From Bdellovibrionota bacterium (lineage in GTDB: Bacteria; Bdellovibrionota_C; UBA2361; OMII01), in the NCBI GenBank assembly GCA_044356215.1, contig JBIKWQ010000009.1, forward strand, positions 1-59,938: DNA of 59,938 nucleotides, in the 5' to 3' direction. The notes beneath the pieces were generated by a model. It worked only from the letters and a program-made list of their open reading frames with translations. It had not been told where the DNA came from and did not search any database. This document shows positions 51,921 to 59,938 of this stretch, in pieces. Made by a program: the position numbers and the translations under genes. Each line of letters opens with the position of its first letter. Position 1 is the stretch's first letter.

Positions 51921-52050
51921 TTAAGTCATGTAGCCTAGGTGGGTCTGCGGAATTAGTGCACCAAGATATGGTTAGCTTTATCTCTCGGTTCACGCTACTA
52001 GTCTCTAGGATATTTCAATCCCCCCGCCAATTCTTCTTATAAGGACGCCC

Positions 52051-52686
52051 CTACTTCCCACTTCCACTCCCCTCCAACGCCTCCCGAACCTCCGGCGCAT
52101 TAAACAGCTCCTGGAATATATCTGTTACAGCGACTGAGAGTGGGTATCCGCTGCTTAGGCTCTTTACTCCTACGCTGCTCGACCGGCCTAGATAGCGGCC
52201 CTTGGAATCGGTTACTTCTAATGTCACTGAATGATAAAGAGAGACTGAGAGTCCAACGTATGAATCGGTCTTCCAGTCGTTGAGTGTTACAATGATATTT
52301 TTCGAATTACGGTAGCTGACTAAGCGAGCGACTACTACTTGCCTATCCTCAAATGGTTGGGTACTCACTATCTGCGCTACTACGTTGTGCTTGGATAGTG
52401 TGCTCTGAAGCAACGACGCTAAATCGTCACTTAATGGGCGGCCACTCTCGGTGTGAACCCCATACGGAATTCCTAGTGGTGGTCTGCTGTATCCAACCCA
52501 GTGGAGAGAGTGATCGCCCGCGACTACGTCCGGGCGCTTGTCCGATACGGCAAGAGAGACCGTTTTCGCTGTGTTTTCTGGGATCCGAAAATCACTCGCT
52601 CCGGTGTAACTTATCTTTTGCCCAAAGGCACATCCTGTCAGAACTGAGACGAGAAGGCTTAGAGTAAGATGGCGTATTTTTGTCAT
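52051..52686 (-). CDS. Lipoprotein (start moved to ATG 52686)
   Basis: Lipobox LTGC. Confidence 0.7.
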   Translation of the reverse strand: MTKIRHLTLSLLVSVLTGCAFGQKISYTGASDFRIPENTAKTVSLAVSDKRPDVVAGDHSLHWVGYSRPPLGIPYGVHTESGRPLSDDLASLLQSTLSKHNVVAQIVSTQPFEDRQVVVARLVSYRNSKNIIVTLNDWKTDSYVGLSVSLYHSVTLEVTDSKGRYLGRSSSVGVKSLSSGYPLSVAVTDIFQELFNAPEVREALEGSGSGK

Positions 52687-52702
52687 GGGAGGTTCTCTGT
52701 GT

Positions 52703-53041
52703 TTAGTTATTTGCAGCGATATCTTGGTCGGTGACGTCAGTTGGATCGGATTGCTGCACTGATTGGCCCGCTTCACTCTCTGATACTACTGGAACTTCTG
52801 ACATAACCTTAGTTGGATCGTAAGCCATCTTTAATTCGCAGATACCGATCTGTGGGCTACCCGCCGGGCATCCATTCTGATAGCAAAAGCCATCTCCGCA
52901 GCTATACGGGTATCCGCGTGGACAACATTTTCCACTTGGGCACTCTAGTGGTGAGTCACCGGGACAACTCGATCCACCACCACCGCATCCCATCAAAGCT
53001 ACCAATCCTACAGAAAGCATTATTTGTTTTACTTTAATCAT
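52703..53041 (-). CDS. Small Cys-rich lipoprotein
   Basis: Lipobox LMGC plus GGGG; CP...C..GKCCP.G...C..G.C...CP...C. Confidence 0.7.
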   Translation of the reverse strand: MIKVKQIMLSVGLVALMGCGGGGSSCPGDSPLECPSGKCCPRGYPYSCGDGFCYQNGCPAGSPQIGICELKMAYDPTKVMSEVPVVSESEAGQSVQQSDPTDVTDQDIAANN

Positions 53042-53142
53042 AGAGTTCCTTACACATCTTCTTAAAACAGGAGGCATGAGCCTCTGCGATACCTAATAAA
53101 AAATTTTTCCCGCCCTTGGTTATACTTTTCTTGCCATTGTAA

Positions 53143-53880
53143 TTAGCTTAGAGGCACATCTGGAATAGCCTCACGTAAGAACGAGTAGTTGCCCTGCAGG
53201 GTGAGATCGACAAAGGTGTTGCCATTGCCCTCCGCGCAATTATTCCCGCCACCCTGAACCGTAGCTACCACCTTTCCCTGATAAGTGGCCGCACCTCCCG
53301 AATCACCGAAACAGGTTCCCTGCCCATCGACGTTGAAAAGCGTGAAGATCAGCCCCTTTAGGAATCCTTGAACGGTTACACTGACGCCACGAGGGTTGCC
53401 ATTTTCTAGAGCGGGAGTTCCATCAAAGCCATAGCCAACGACTTTGAGTACATCACCCTCCTGCGTAGGTCGAGAGAGGCCAAATCGCGCTGGTTGCACC
53501 CCGAAGTTTTGCGCGATCCCAGGGAATCGAACCAGTCCGATATCAAATGCCGAGCCTGATCCGCGGCCGAATAAAGGATTCGCAACAGCCTGCGTGGCTG
53601 TCTGACTTCCACGATCATGGTTAGCCGCTATTTTCTTGACGCCAACCACACAGTGCGCCGCGGTTAACACGACATCTTCACTGATAATTGTCCCGGTACA
53701 ACCGCCCTTATCATCAATAATTAGTCGGACCGAGGGTAATGAGTCGCTTGTACACTCATCTCCATTAAAGACTTTAAAAGCACCACATGAGCCGGCGCTC
53801 GACTCTCCACCCCCTCCCCCACCACATCCAATCAACGCAGTAATTCCGAGAGTGAGGATTGTTTGCTTAATAGTTCTCAT
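53143..53880 (-). CDS. Lipoprotein S1 serine protease (start at ATG 53880)
   Basis: Same signal peptide as 51053-51820; TAAHC, FDIG, GDSGG. Confidence 0.9.
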   Translation of the reverse strand: MRTIKQTILTLGITALIGCGGGGGGESSAGSCGAFKVFNGDECTSDSLPSVRLIIDDKGGCTGTIISEDVVLTAAHCVVGVKKIAANHDRGSQTATQAVANPLFGRGSGSAFDIGLVRFPGIAQNFGVQPARFGLSRPTQEGDVLKVVGYGFDGTPALENGNPRGVSVTVQGFLKGLIFTLFNVDGQGTCFGDSGGAATYQGKVVATVQGGGNNCAEGNGNTFVDLTLQGNYSFLREAIPDVPLS

Positions 53881-53980
53881 GGGGTTCCTTTGTGGTTTTT
53901 GCTGCCAGTAATTAGCGTGTGGGATGATTAACCCGCGGGGAAACAGAAAGCCAGGTAGTGTATCAACTGATGAGCTAGGT
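53806..53980 (-). repeat. Duplicated leader plus signal-peptide cassette, copy 2
   Basis: Matches 51746-51920. Confidence 0.9.
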
Positions 53981-53993
53981 AGCTTTCTTGGCT

Positions 53994-54701
53994 CTACGAA
54001 CAATTTCTCGCCAGCCGGTACCCGGCTCGCTGCGCTGCTTTTTCATCAGTAAAACGAACGCGATTGCGGGGGGAGATCTTTGAGTAGGTGTCGCAGTTGG
54101 AGAGATGATAAATGCGGCTCTTGCGGTTCCCTAGAATTGGGAGTTTTCCTGATGGTAGTGGGTTAATCGGTGTGGCCCCAGGGGCGCTTATGGCGTGGCG
54201 GAATTCCCACGGAGGGATCGGCTTAGGTTGTATCCAAAGGCCTCTTCGCTCTCGGCGCGCCTGGGCTTCTAATCGCGCAAGCTCCGTATCGCTTGGTGCG
54301 TACTTTTTATACCACCAGGCGTATCCGTTCCGTAAGATCTCGTGATTTAAAATCTCTCCTTTAGAAAGTGTGACGGTGCCTAGTGTGCGCCCATACTTGT
54401 CGGTGCCGTTGCTAATAACGGTGACTTGTTTGCCAAATATTAGGCTCCCTACATACTGCTTTGCTCGGTTGCCGAAGTCTTGAGATCTTTCAGGAGCATC
54501 AATTCCGTGAAGGCGAATTCGCTCACCTGAGCCTTTGTGCATCACTGTAATGGTATCGCCGTCAGAGACGCTGATTACTTTGCCTTGAAAGGAATCGGCG
54601 TGGGCTGGGAATGCTGCAGTTAGGCAGGTGTTAAATAGAAAGAGAAGGATAAAGGAAATACTCTTCAGAGACTTTGGTCTCGTTGTTATCAGGGAGGGCA
54701 T
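53994..54701 (-). CDS. Secreted thermonuclease (SNase) with C-terminal Ada-like domain
   Basis: 'VSDGDT', 'RLHGIDAPE', 'DKYGRTL', 'GLW...PWEFR', 'GNRKSRIYH...C'. Confidence 0.92.
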   Translation of the reverse strand: MPSLITTRPKSLKSISFILLFLFNTCLTAAFPAHADSFQGKVISVSDGDTITVMHKGSGERIRLHGIDAPERSQDFGNRAKQYVGSLIFGKQVTVISNGTDKYGRTLGTVTLSKGEILNHEILRNGYAWWYKKYAPSDTELARLEAQARRERRGLWIQPKPIPPWEFRHAISAPGATPINPLPSGKLPILGNRKSRIYHLSNCDTYSKISPRNRVRFTDEKAAQRAGYRLARNCS

Positions 54702-54748
54702 ATTTTAATTGTACTTCGTGGCGGGGTGGAGAGAAAGTGGTCGAGAGG

Positions 54749-54900
54749 CTGAGCGTCGCAGTGTTTTTGTTCAGCTAACGGGATAATCAGCAAAATATTT
54801 TCACCACAGAGGACGCAGAGGACACAGAGATCTCCATAGTTGCCAATAAAATGCCCTAGTCTCTGCCTCCTCTGTGGTGAAAAAGAACTGCGACGCCCTA
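54749..54900. mobile_element. MITE family B, degenerate copy
   Basis: CTGAGCGTCGCAGTG...ACTGCGACGCCCTA; flanks GTCGAGAGG / GTCGAGTAG. Confidence 0.8.
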
Positions 54901-54954
54901 GTCGAGTAGCTGGGGCTTGTTGGTGGGCTTAAAGGTAGGAGATCCGCTACTCTC

Positions 54955-55032
54955 GGAGAACGCGCCTCTGGCGCGCTGTGCTGGAGCTAAATTGGGTATC
55001 TCGGCTAGGCGGCGCTGGAGCGCCGCGGTCCG
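54955..55032. repeat. Solo REP doublet of the RAYT-array family
   Basis: CGCGCCTCTGGCGCGC ... GCGGCGCTGGAGCGCCGCGGTCC, with a different spacer from the array. Confidence 0.8.
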
Positions 55033-55140
55033 TTAAATTGGTGAGGGCCTTCTGAGCACTTTGGCTTAAGCTGTTTTGTATTTCGTCCCCTGTCTCTAAT
55101 CAGACGGCTTGCGGCGAATAGCTGGTATAGCTAGAGCCTT

Positions 55141-55692
55141 ATGCAATCTAGACGACTCTTCATATTCTTGACCGTGGTGTTTCTTGTTCTTGCCGCTCCG
55201 CTCTCTTGTGTGGCCGAGTCCGCTCGTGAGATGCGAAGCTCTGCAAGTCAGGCACTCGCGAACCTCTACTCGTCAACACCTGCAGCTAGGGTCCTCGGTG
55301 AGAAGGCAGCAGGAATTCTGGTATTTCCGGAGATTCTTAAGGGCGGATTCATCGTCGCGGCCCAATACGGAAACGGAGTGCTGTTTAAAGGGGGAAAAGC
55401 TGTTGGTTACTACAACACAACCTCTGGTTCGTTTGGCTTTCAGGCTGGGGTGCAAAGCTTTGGGTACGCGCTATTTTTTATGACTCAAGATGACTTAGCC
55501 TATCTTGAGCGATCGAGTGGATGGGAGATCGGAGTTGGGCCGAGCATAACGATCGTTGATGTCGGACTAGCCAGGTCGCTCTCTACAACAACCTTGCGCG
55601 AAGGTATGTATGCCTTTTTCTTTGACCAAAAAGGCTTAATGGGGGGTCTTGGGCTGCAGGGGACTAAGATAACTCGAATTCACCCTAAATAG
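55141..55692 (+). CDS. YSC84/SYLF lipid-binding-domain secreted protein
   Basis: 'AAGILVFP...KGGF....YG.GVL', 'SFGFQAG', 'KGLMGG..LQG.KI'. Confidence 0.85.
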   Translation: MQSRRLFIFLTVVFLVLAAPLSCVAESAREMRSSASQALANLYSSTPAARVLGEKAAGILVFPEILKGGFIVAAQYGNGVLFKGGKAVGYYNTTSGSFGFQAGVQSFGYALFFMTQDDLAYLERSSGWEIGVGPSITIVDVGLARSLSTTTLREGMYAFFFDQKGLMGGLGLQGTKITRIHPK

Positions 55693-55701
55693 CGGCGCTG
55701 T

Positions 55702-56484
55702 GTGGACTCCCCCCTACTACTCTCTCACTTCACGCTCGTTCAACTCTTTATCGCAACGATCGCTGTCAGCATCCTGGCTTTAGAGGCTGGATATCGACTT
55801 GGCGCACGGAGAAGACGCCGAACTGATTTTGAAAAGGATGCTCCAATAGGCTCATCAGTAGGAGCAACGCTTGGTTTGCTGGCTTTCATGCTCGCGGTGA
55901 CCTTTGGCATCGCTATGGGACAATTTGATATACGACGTAAGGCGTTCTTTGATGAAGTAGACTCCATAAGCACTGCATACCGTCACGCGGATTTTCTTCC
56001 TGCAGAGCTAAGCATGCAGAGTAAAGAGGCGCTTAAGCACTACGTAGCGACACGTCTACAGGTAATCGACACGGGAGATATTCAATTGGCCGACACCAAG
56101 TCGCAACAACTCCATGACCAACTATGGAGCTATGTGAACACAGCAAGGGACCAGACCTCCAATCAGATCCTTTTAGGGATCTACATCAATTCGATCAGCG
56201 AGATGATGGATCTTCACACACGCCGAATACTCGCCGCGACTCAGCTACGCATTCCAACTATTATCTGGATAGTGCTCTACAGCGTTGCTTGCCTAGGGCT
56301 TACAGAGATGGGCTACCAAACCGGTATCAGCGGATCCGCCAGATCACCGGCATTTCTGGGTCTTGTATTATCTTTCGCCGCCGTGCTCTCGCTCATAGCG
56401 GATCTCGATCGCCCGCGAGAGGGCACGATATTCATAAGCCAAAAAGCTATGCGCGAGCTGCATCAGATGATGAATGCGCCCTAA
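55702..56484 (+). CDS. DUF4239-like multi-pass membrane protein
   Basis: 'LGLLAFMLA.TF..A...FD.RR', 'IADLDRP..G.I.ISQ'. Confidence 0.75.
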   Translation: MDSPLLLSHFTLVQLFIATIAVSILALEAGYRLGARRRRRTDFEKDAPIGSSVGATLGLLAFMLAVTFGIAMGQFDIRRKAFFDEVDSISTAYRHADFLPAELSMQSKEALKHYVATRLQVIDTGDIQLADTKSQQLHDQLWSYVNTARDQTSNQILLGIYINSISEMMDLHTRRILAATQLRIPTIIWIVLYSVACLGLTEMGYQTGISGSARSPAFLGLVLSFAAVLSLIADLDRPREGTIFISQKAMRELHQMMNAP

Positions 56485-56530
56485 GGAGAGACTAGGCAAA
56501 ATCAATAGGTTAAGCGATCCTAAAACATTG

Positions 56531-56693
56531 CAGGGCGTCGCAGTGTTTTTGGTAAGCTGCTGGGATAATTAGTAAAATATTTTTTACCACAGAGGACGCA
56601 GAGGACACAGAGAAAGCTCAATAATTGCCCATAAAATGGCCGTTCTTTGTGTCCTCTGCGTCCTCTGTGGTGATAAAGAACTGCGATGCCCTA
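56531..56693. mobile_element. MITE family B with TSD AAACATTG (8-9 bp)
   Basis: CAGGGCGTCGCAGT...ACTGCGATGCCCTA; AAACATTG on both sides. Confidence 0.88.
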
Positions 56694-56734
56694 AAACATT
56701 GGCAGTTTTGGTATAATAATGGTATATATAAAGT

Positions 56735-56998
56735 ATGGAATTTGAATTCGATCCCCATAAGAGTCAGTCTAACAAAAGTAAGCACGGGATCGATTTTGAA
56801 GAAGCGCGGGAACTTTGGAACGATCCTCATCTCTTGGAGATTGAGGCTCGCTCCACTGACGAATCACGCTTTCTGCTAATTGGAATGATTAAGGGTAAAC
56901 ACTGGAGCGCAGTCGTTACCTATCGTAACGGCAAGGTCAGAATTATTTCAGTAAGACGCTCCCGAGAAGAAGAGGTGGAACTATATGAAGAAAATTAA
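56735..56998 (+). CDS. BrnT-family toxin
   Basis: 'FEFDPHKS.SN..KHGIDFEEA', 'VRIISVRR'. Confidence 0.92.
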   Translation: MEFEFDPHKSQSNKSKHGIDFEEARELWNDPHLLEIEARSTDESRFLLIGMIKGKHWSAVVTYRNGKVRIISVRRSREEEVELYEEN

Positions 56999-57227
56999 AG
57001 CCAAGGATTTTGATGCCGCTTTTGACCGTGGCGAAGATATTACCAAGCATCTTGATAAATCAAAAGCTCGGCGAGTTAATGCTGAACTTAAGAGAGTCAA
57101 TATCGACTTTCCTGTTTGGGTGATTACAAGTTTAGATAAAGAGGCTCGGCGTCTTGGTATAACAAGACAATCGCTTGTGAAGATGTGGATTGCGGAGAAG
57201 TTTAAGGGCGATTCTCAGGCTTCTTAA
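56985..57227 (+). CDS. BrnA/CopG-like antitoxin
   Basis: 'FD..FD.GEDI', 'RVNIDFPVW....LD.EA..LGITRQSLVKMW'; overlaps the toxin stop. Confidence 0.88.
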   Translation: MKKIKAKDFDAAFDRGEDITKHLDKSKARRVNAELKRVNIDFPVWVITSLDKEARRLGITRQSLVKMWIAEKFKGDSQAS

Positions 57228-57392
57228 GGAAGAGCGGCAAAAGCTTACCAACTCCTAGGGAAGGCCGCCTCCTACTGCTTTCTCACTTCACGCTCGCTCA
57301 ACTCTTTATGAGGAAGTAGAGATCGCGGATGGGTATCTATTTACGCGCTGTTGGCACTTAACCCGCTTTGGACAGTGATGCTATCGATTACC

Positions 57393-57555
57393 TAGGGCGT
57401 CGCAGTTCTTTATCACCACAGAGGACGCCGAGGACACAGAGAACGGCCCTTTTATAGGCAATTATGGGGTTTTCTCTGTGTCCTCTGCGTCCTCTGTGGT
57501 AAAAAATACTTTACTAATTGTCTCAGCAACTTACCAAAAACACTGCGACGCCCTG
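57393..57555. mobile_element. MITE family B with near-perfect 9-bp TSD
   Basis: TAGGGCGTCGCAGT...ACTGCGACGCCCTG; flanks TCGATTACC / TAGATTACC. Confidence 0.88.
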
Positions 57556-57664
57556 TAGATTACCTCTGTTTTAGACTCATTTTATATCTCATGAAATCAT
57601 GAGATGCAGTGAATGAATTAGCTTAATAGCTATCTGTAAACATCTCGTCTGTGGCTAATTTTAA

Positions 57665-57838
57665 CCTAAAAACGGCAGTTAAGGAGGACCAAAACGGTGC
57701 GGCTGGTTAAAAACACAAGAGATTTTGAATTTTTCGGCGCGCAACCCTGGCACCGTCAGGGTGAGCACAGAAAATTCAAAAGCCGCGGTGATTTTAGCCA
57801 GATGCGCCGTTTTGGGACCCGCAACTGCCGTTTTTAGG
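57665..57838. mobile_element. MITE family A with 5-bp TSD TTTAA
   Basis: Same TIRs as the 23454 copy; TTTAA at 57660-57664 and 57839-57843. Confidence 0.9.
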
Positions 57839-58061
57839 TTTAAGCACAGTTACCACTATCTCACGCTCATAAATCTCATAAATAACGCGATAATCGCCGA
57901 CGCGGACACGGTAGGAGCAACTTTAATACTCTTGCAATCGATAAACATAAAGCGCTGATTTGGCAGAGCCAATAAGCCTATGACTGATTCTCGTGACGTC
58001 TATTTGCGCGGCTAATAAAGCGTTTAACAAATAAGCGCTCTAACCCATTTCTGCCACAGCC

Positions 58062-58745
58062 CTATAGCCGTTGCGAATCATTCGCGACTAGGCGACTCAC
58101 TTCGCTCGCTATCCGCCTGGCACGCTCATCAACGCTTATCTGTACACAATTAAGCTCTTCAAGTATCTGCCAGAGCCTGCGTCCGGTTTCTAACTTACTC
58201 CATACATGCTCGGCGCACTCAAACAAATACTCCGGCTGTGGAGATAGCGCGGCTATCCAACGCTCTAATGCGTCCGGAATATCAGAGATACTATTAACGG
58301 TTTCTGGACCTCCCCTACTTCTGACGAGCGGATTATCGCAGCCTGAGATCTTGGTTCGCGGATCTCCATTTTTAAAATAGATCACCGGCTTTCCGGCTAG
58401 CCACGCCATCGCCGCTTCCGCCACCGCGCCTTCATCGGGAACTCTTCCCGATGCGTTAAATACAAGCGAGCCACAACGGCAAACGACTTGATAACAATCT
58501 AACGCGTCAATAGCGCTGAGGAGATGAGTTCCAGCCTGTGCGTGAGAAAATCCTAGCTTCTCGAGGTATGGCTCGACTTTGACGAATTCAAGCCCATCAC
58601 GATGCGGAAGAAATGTCTGAAATCCGCGCGCCTCTAAAGCTCCGGCGATCTGAGCCATGGTTTCGCGCTCCGCCTGATTGAATAGAGGTCCCGCGCAATA
58701 AACTAAACTGGTGTCACTCGTGGGGTGAATTGATCTCGGCTTCAT
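58062..58745 (-). CDS. Nucleoside 2-deoxyribosyltransferase / N-glycosidase family protein
   Basis: 'VYCAGPLFNQAE', 'TFLPHRDG', 'PDEGAVAEA..A...GKPV'. Confidence 0.85.
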   Translation of the reverse strand: MKPRSIHPTSDTSLVYCAGPLFNQAERETMAQIAGALEARGFQTFLPHRDGLEFVKVEPYLEKLGFSHAQAGTHLLSAIDALDCYQVVCRCGSLVFNASGRVPDEGAVAEAAMAWLAGKPVIYFKNGDPRTKISGCDNPLVRSRGGPETVNSISDIPDALERWIAALSPQPEYLFECAEHVWSKLETGRRLWQILEELNCVQISVDERARRIASEVSRLVANDSQRL

Positions 58746-59776
58746 AAATGATCCCTACTTAAGGTGTAATTAGTCGGAGAATCCATAAGTACTGAGAAAC
58801 GTTTCGCACCTGGCTCAACAGCCCAAATAAGGGGTTTTGCGTGAAGCGTGGACTTTGAAAACTGATGCTCAAGATAATCAAGCTTTTCTGGCGCTCCAAA
58901 GTAGAGATGTGGCGCTCCGAGAAGAAAGCTATAGGGGGTGGCTCCCCTTCGCGCGAGGCCAGGCAGCTCCATTTGATAACGCCATGCCCGGCTAATTGCA
59001 TCTGCAATCACCGAAGGAAGTTGAGCTAGGTTTCCCTTTGAGATAGCCTCCGTCACGCCATCTCGTAGCGAGCCTGGCCCGTCGAATATATCGAACCAGC
59101 TCTGAAAGCTGGGGCTTTCCACGACATCACGAGAGTCGATCGCCAGAGTAGTGGCGCCACTATAGGTTTTAATTTGATTGACCACATCTTCGTCAGCGTG
59201 AAAAAGATACGACCTGTCGTACTCAAGCTCGCTAACAACTTCCTCAATCCTCGCGTCGCAATTGGAGTGTGGGGTTTTAGAAGGTATGGTAAGCAGTTCC
59301 TCAAATCCACTTGAGGTATCCAGAACTAGCCGCAAAGTTACAGATGATGCGTTAATCGTGCTGATAAAATTGATGGCGTCTCGTTCGATATCCGCTTTCA
59401 GCTCTGTCGCGAGCTGATTAGAGATCTCGCCAAACGGATTGAGCTTGAACCATTTCGAGAGTTGCCGGCTTACATCGCCCGCCGTAACATCAAACATGTA
59501 GTAAAAGCTCTTGTCGAGCCGCCGAATCGCATCGGTCACTCCTGCGATGAGAGCGTTGTCACAAGGTTTCCCAAAAACTACAGCGCTTTGCCGATCCTGA
59601 AGTATTTTATTTAAGCAGTTTTGGTTGATTACTTTGGCGGGAAGCGCAAACGGCGCCGAAACGATAGAGGGCAGATTGTTGAACTCAGTGATACCGCTTA
59701 AATCCAAATCAGCTATAGACGCGGCATTGAGGCTAGAGTTGACTGAAACGATCTCGTTCATCTCACAACAATACAC
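58742..59776 (-). CDS. Hypothetical protein, distantly DUF1826-like (HxD...H)
   Basis: 'FHADEDVVNQIKTYSGATT' and 'LHAKP....KRFSVLMD' resemble DUF1826 'FHVD....L.CTY.G.GT' and 'HRSP...RL.L.LD'. Confidence 0.5.
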   Translation of the reverse strand: MYCCEMNEIVSVNSSLNAASIADLDLSGITEFNNLPSIVSAPFALPAKVINQNCLNKILQDRQSAVVFGKPCDNALIAGVTDAIRRLDKSFYYMFDVTAGDVSRQLSKWFKLNPFGEISNQLATELKADIERDAINFISTINASSVTLRLVLDTSSGFEELLTIPSKTPHSNCDARIEEVVSELEYDRSYLFHADEDVVNQIKTYSGATTLAIDSRDVVESPSFQSWFDIFDGPGSLRDGVTEAISKGNLAQLPSVIADAISRAWRYQMELPGLARRGATPYSFLLGAPHLYFGAPEKLDYLEHQFSKSTLHAKPLIWAVEPGAKRFSVLMDSPTNYTLSRDHL

Positions 59777-59813
59777 GAGTTCTAAGCACTAGTCGAAAAC
59801 TTGGCTCCCGGTT

Positions 59814-59938
59814 TAGGGCGTCGCAGTTCTTTTTTTATCCCCCTCAGGAAGTCGGCCATTTGGAGTATTTTTGGGGTCTTAGACGGTTTATTTGGGGCTA
59901 TCTGACAGGTGGATAGGTGAATTTGGGGAGGAAAAAAT
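59814..59938. mobile_element. Family-B terminal repeat followed by unrelated sequence, possibly the end of a larger element
   Basis: TAGGGCGTCGCAGTTCTTT is identical to the MITE end, then diverges; cut by the window edge. Confidence 0.5.

Noticed and set aside
53881..54003. Extended N-terminus of the protease ORF
   Set aside because: The paralog and the lipoprotein signal place the start at 53880.
56618..56879. Short ORFs 56618-56830 and 56625-56879
   Set aside because: They derive from MITE family B and alternative frames of brnT.
57725..57958. 77-aa ORF
   Set aside because: Its first half is MITE family A sequence.
1..59938. tRNA, rRNA, prophage or integrase
   Set aside because: None recognised by eye; tRNAscan-SE and Infernal were not run.

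Overview
Bacterial chromosome segment from a Gram-negative, LPS-making organism. The heptose/LPS genes and several secreted S1 proteases fit a deltaproteobacterial or Bdellovibrionota-like lineage, which is inference only. Positions 1-12.8 kb are housekeeping: Rrf2 regulator, gmk, yicC, hldA, two GT9 heptosyltransferases, an LPS kinase, rlmN, ndk, coaD, an unannotated 51-aa ribosomal protein Thx, infA and accA. Positions 13-24 kb are accessory: a RAYT transposase beside a 96-bp tandem REP-like array, a WYL regulator, duplicated S1 proteases, a MITE-disrupted photolyase and several pseudogenes. Positions 24.4-50.2 kb form a dense anti-phage island: an Mrr-like nuclease, an unknown protein coupled to an SNF2 helicase, a Type I R-M system with an HTH-metallopeptidase/DUF4411 pair between hsdS and hsdR, an uncharacterised three-gene cassette (DUF4258-like protein, degenerate methyltransferase-TRD fusion, GGCT-like protein) and a complete Zorya type I operon. 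The end carries lipoprotein proteases, a thermonuclease, a BrnTA-like pair and a DUF1826-like/nucleoside-deoxyribosyltransferase pair. Three families of palindromic MITE-like elements are scattered through the window, two with readable target-site duplications. I saw no tRNA, rRNA, CRISPR array or integrase. All family calls come from motif recognition by eye, not database searches.
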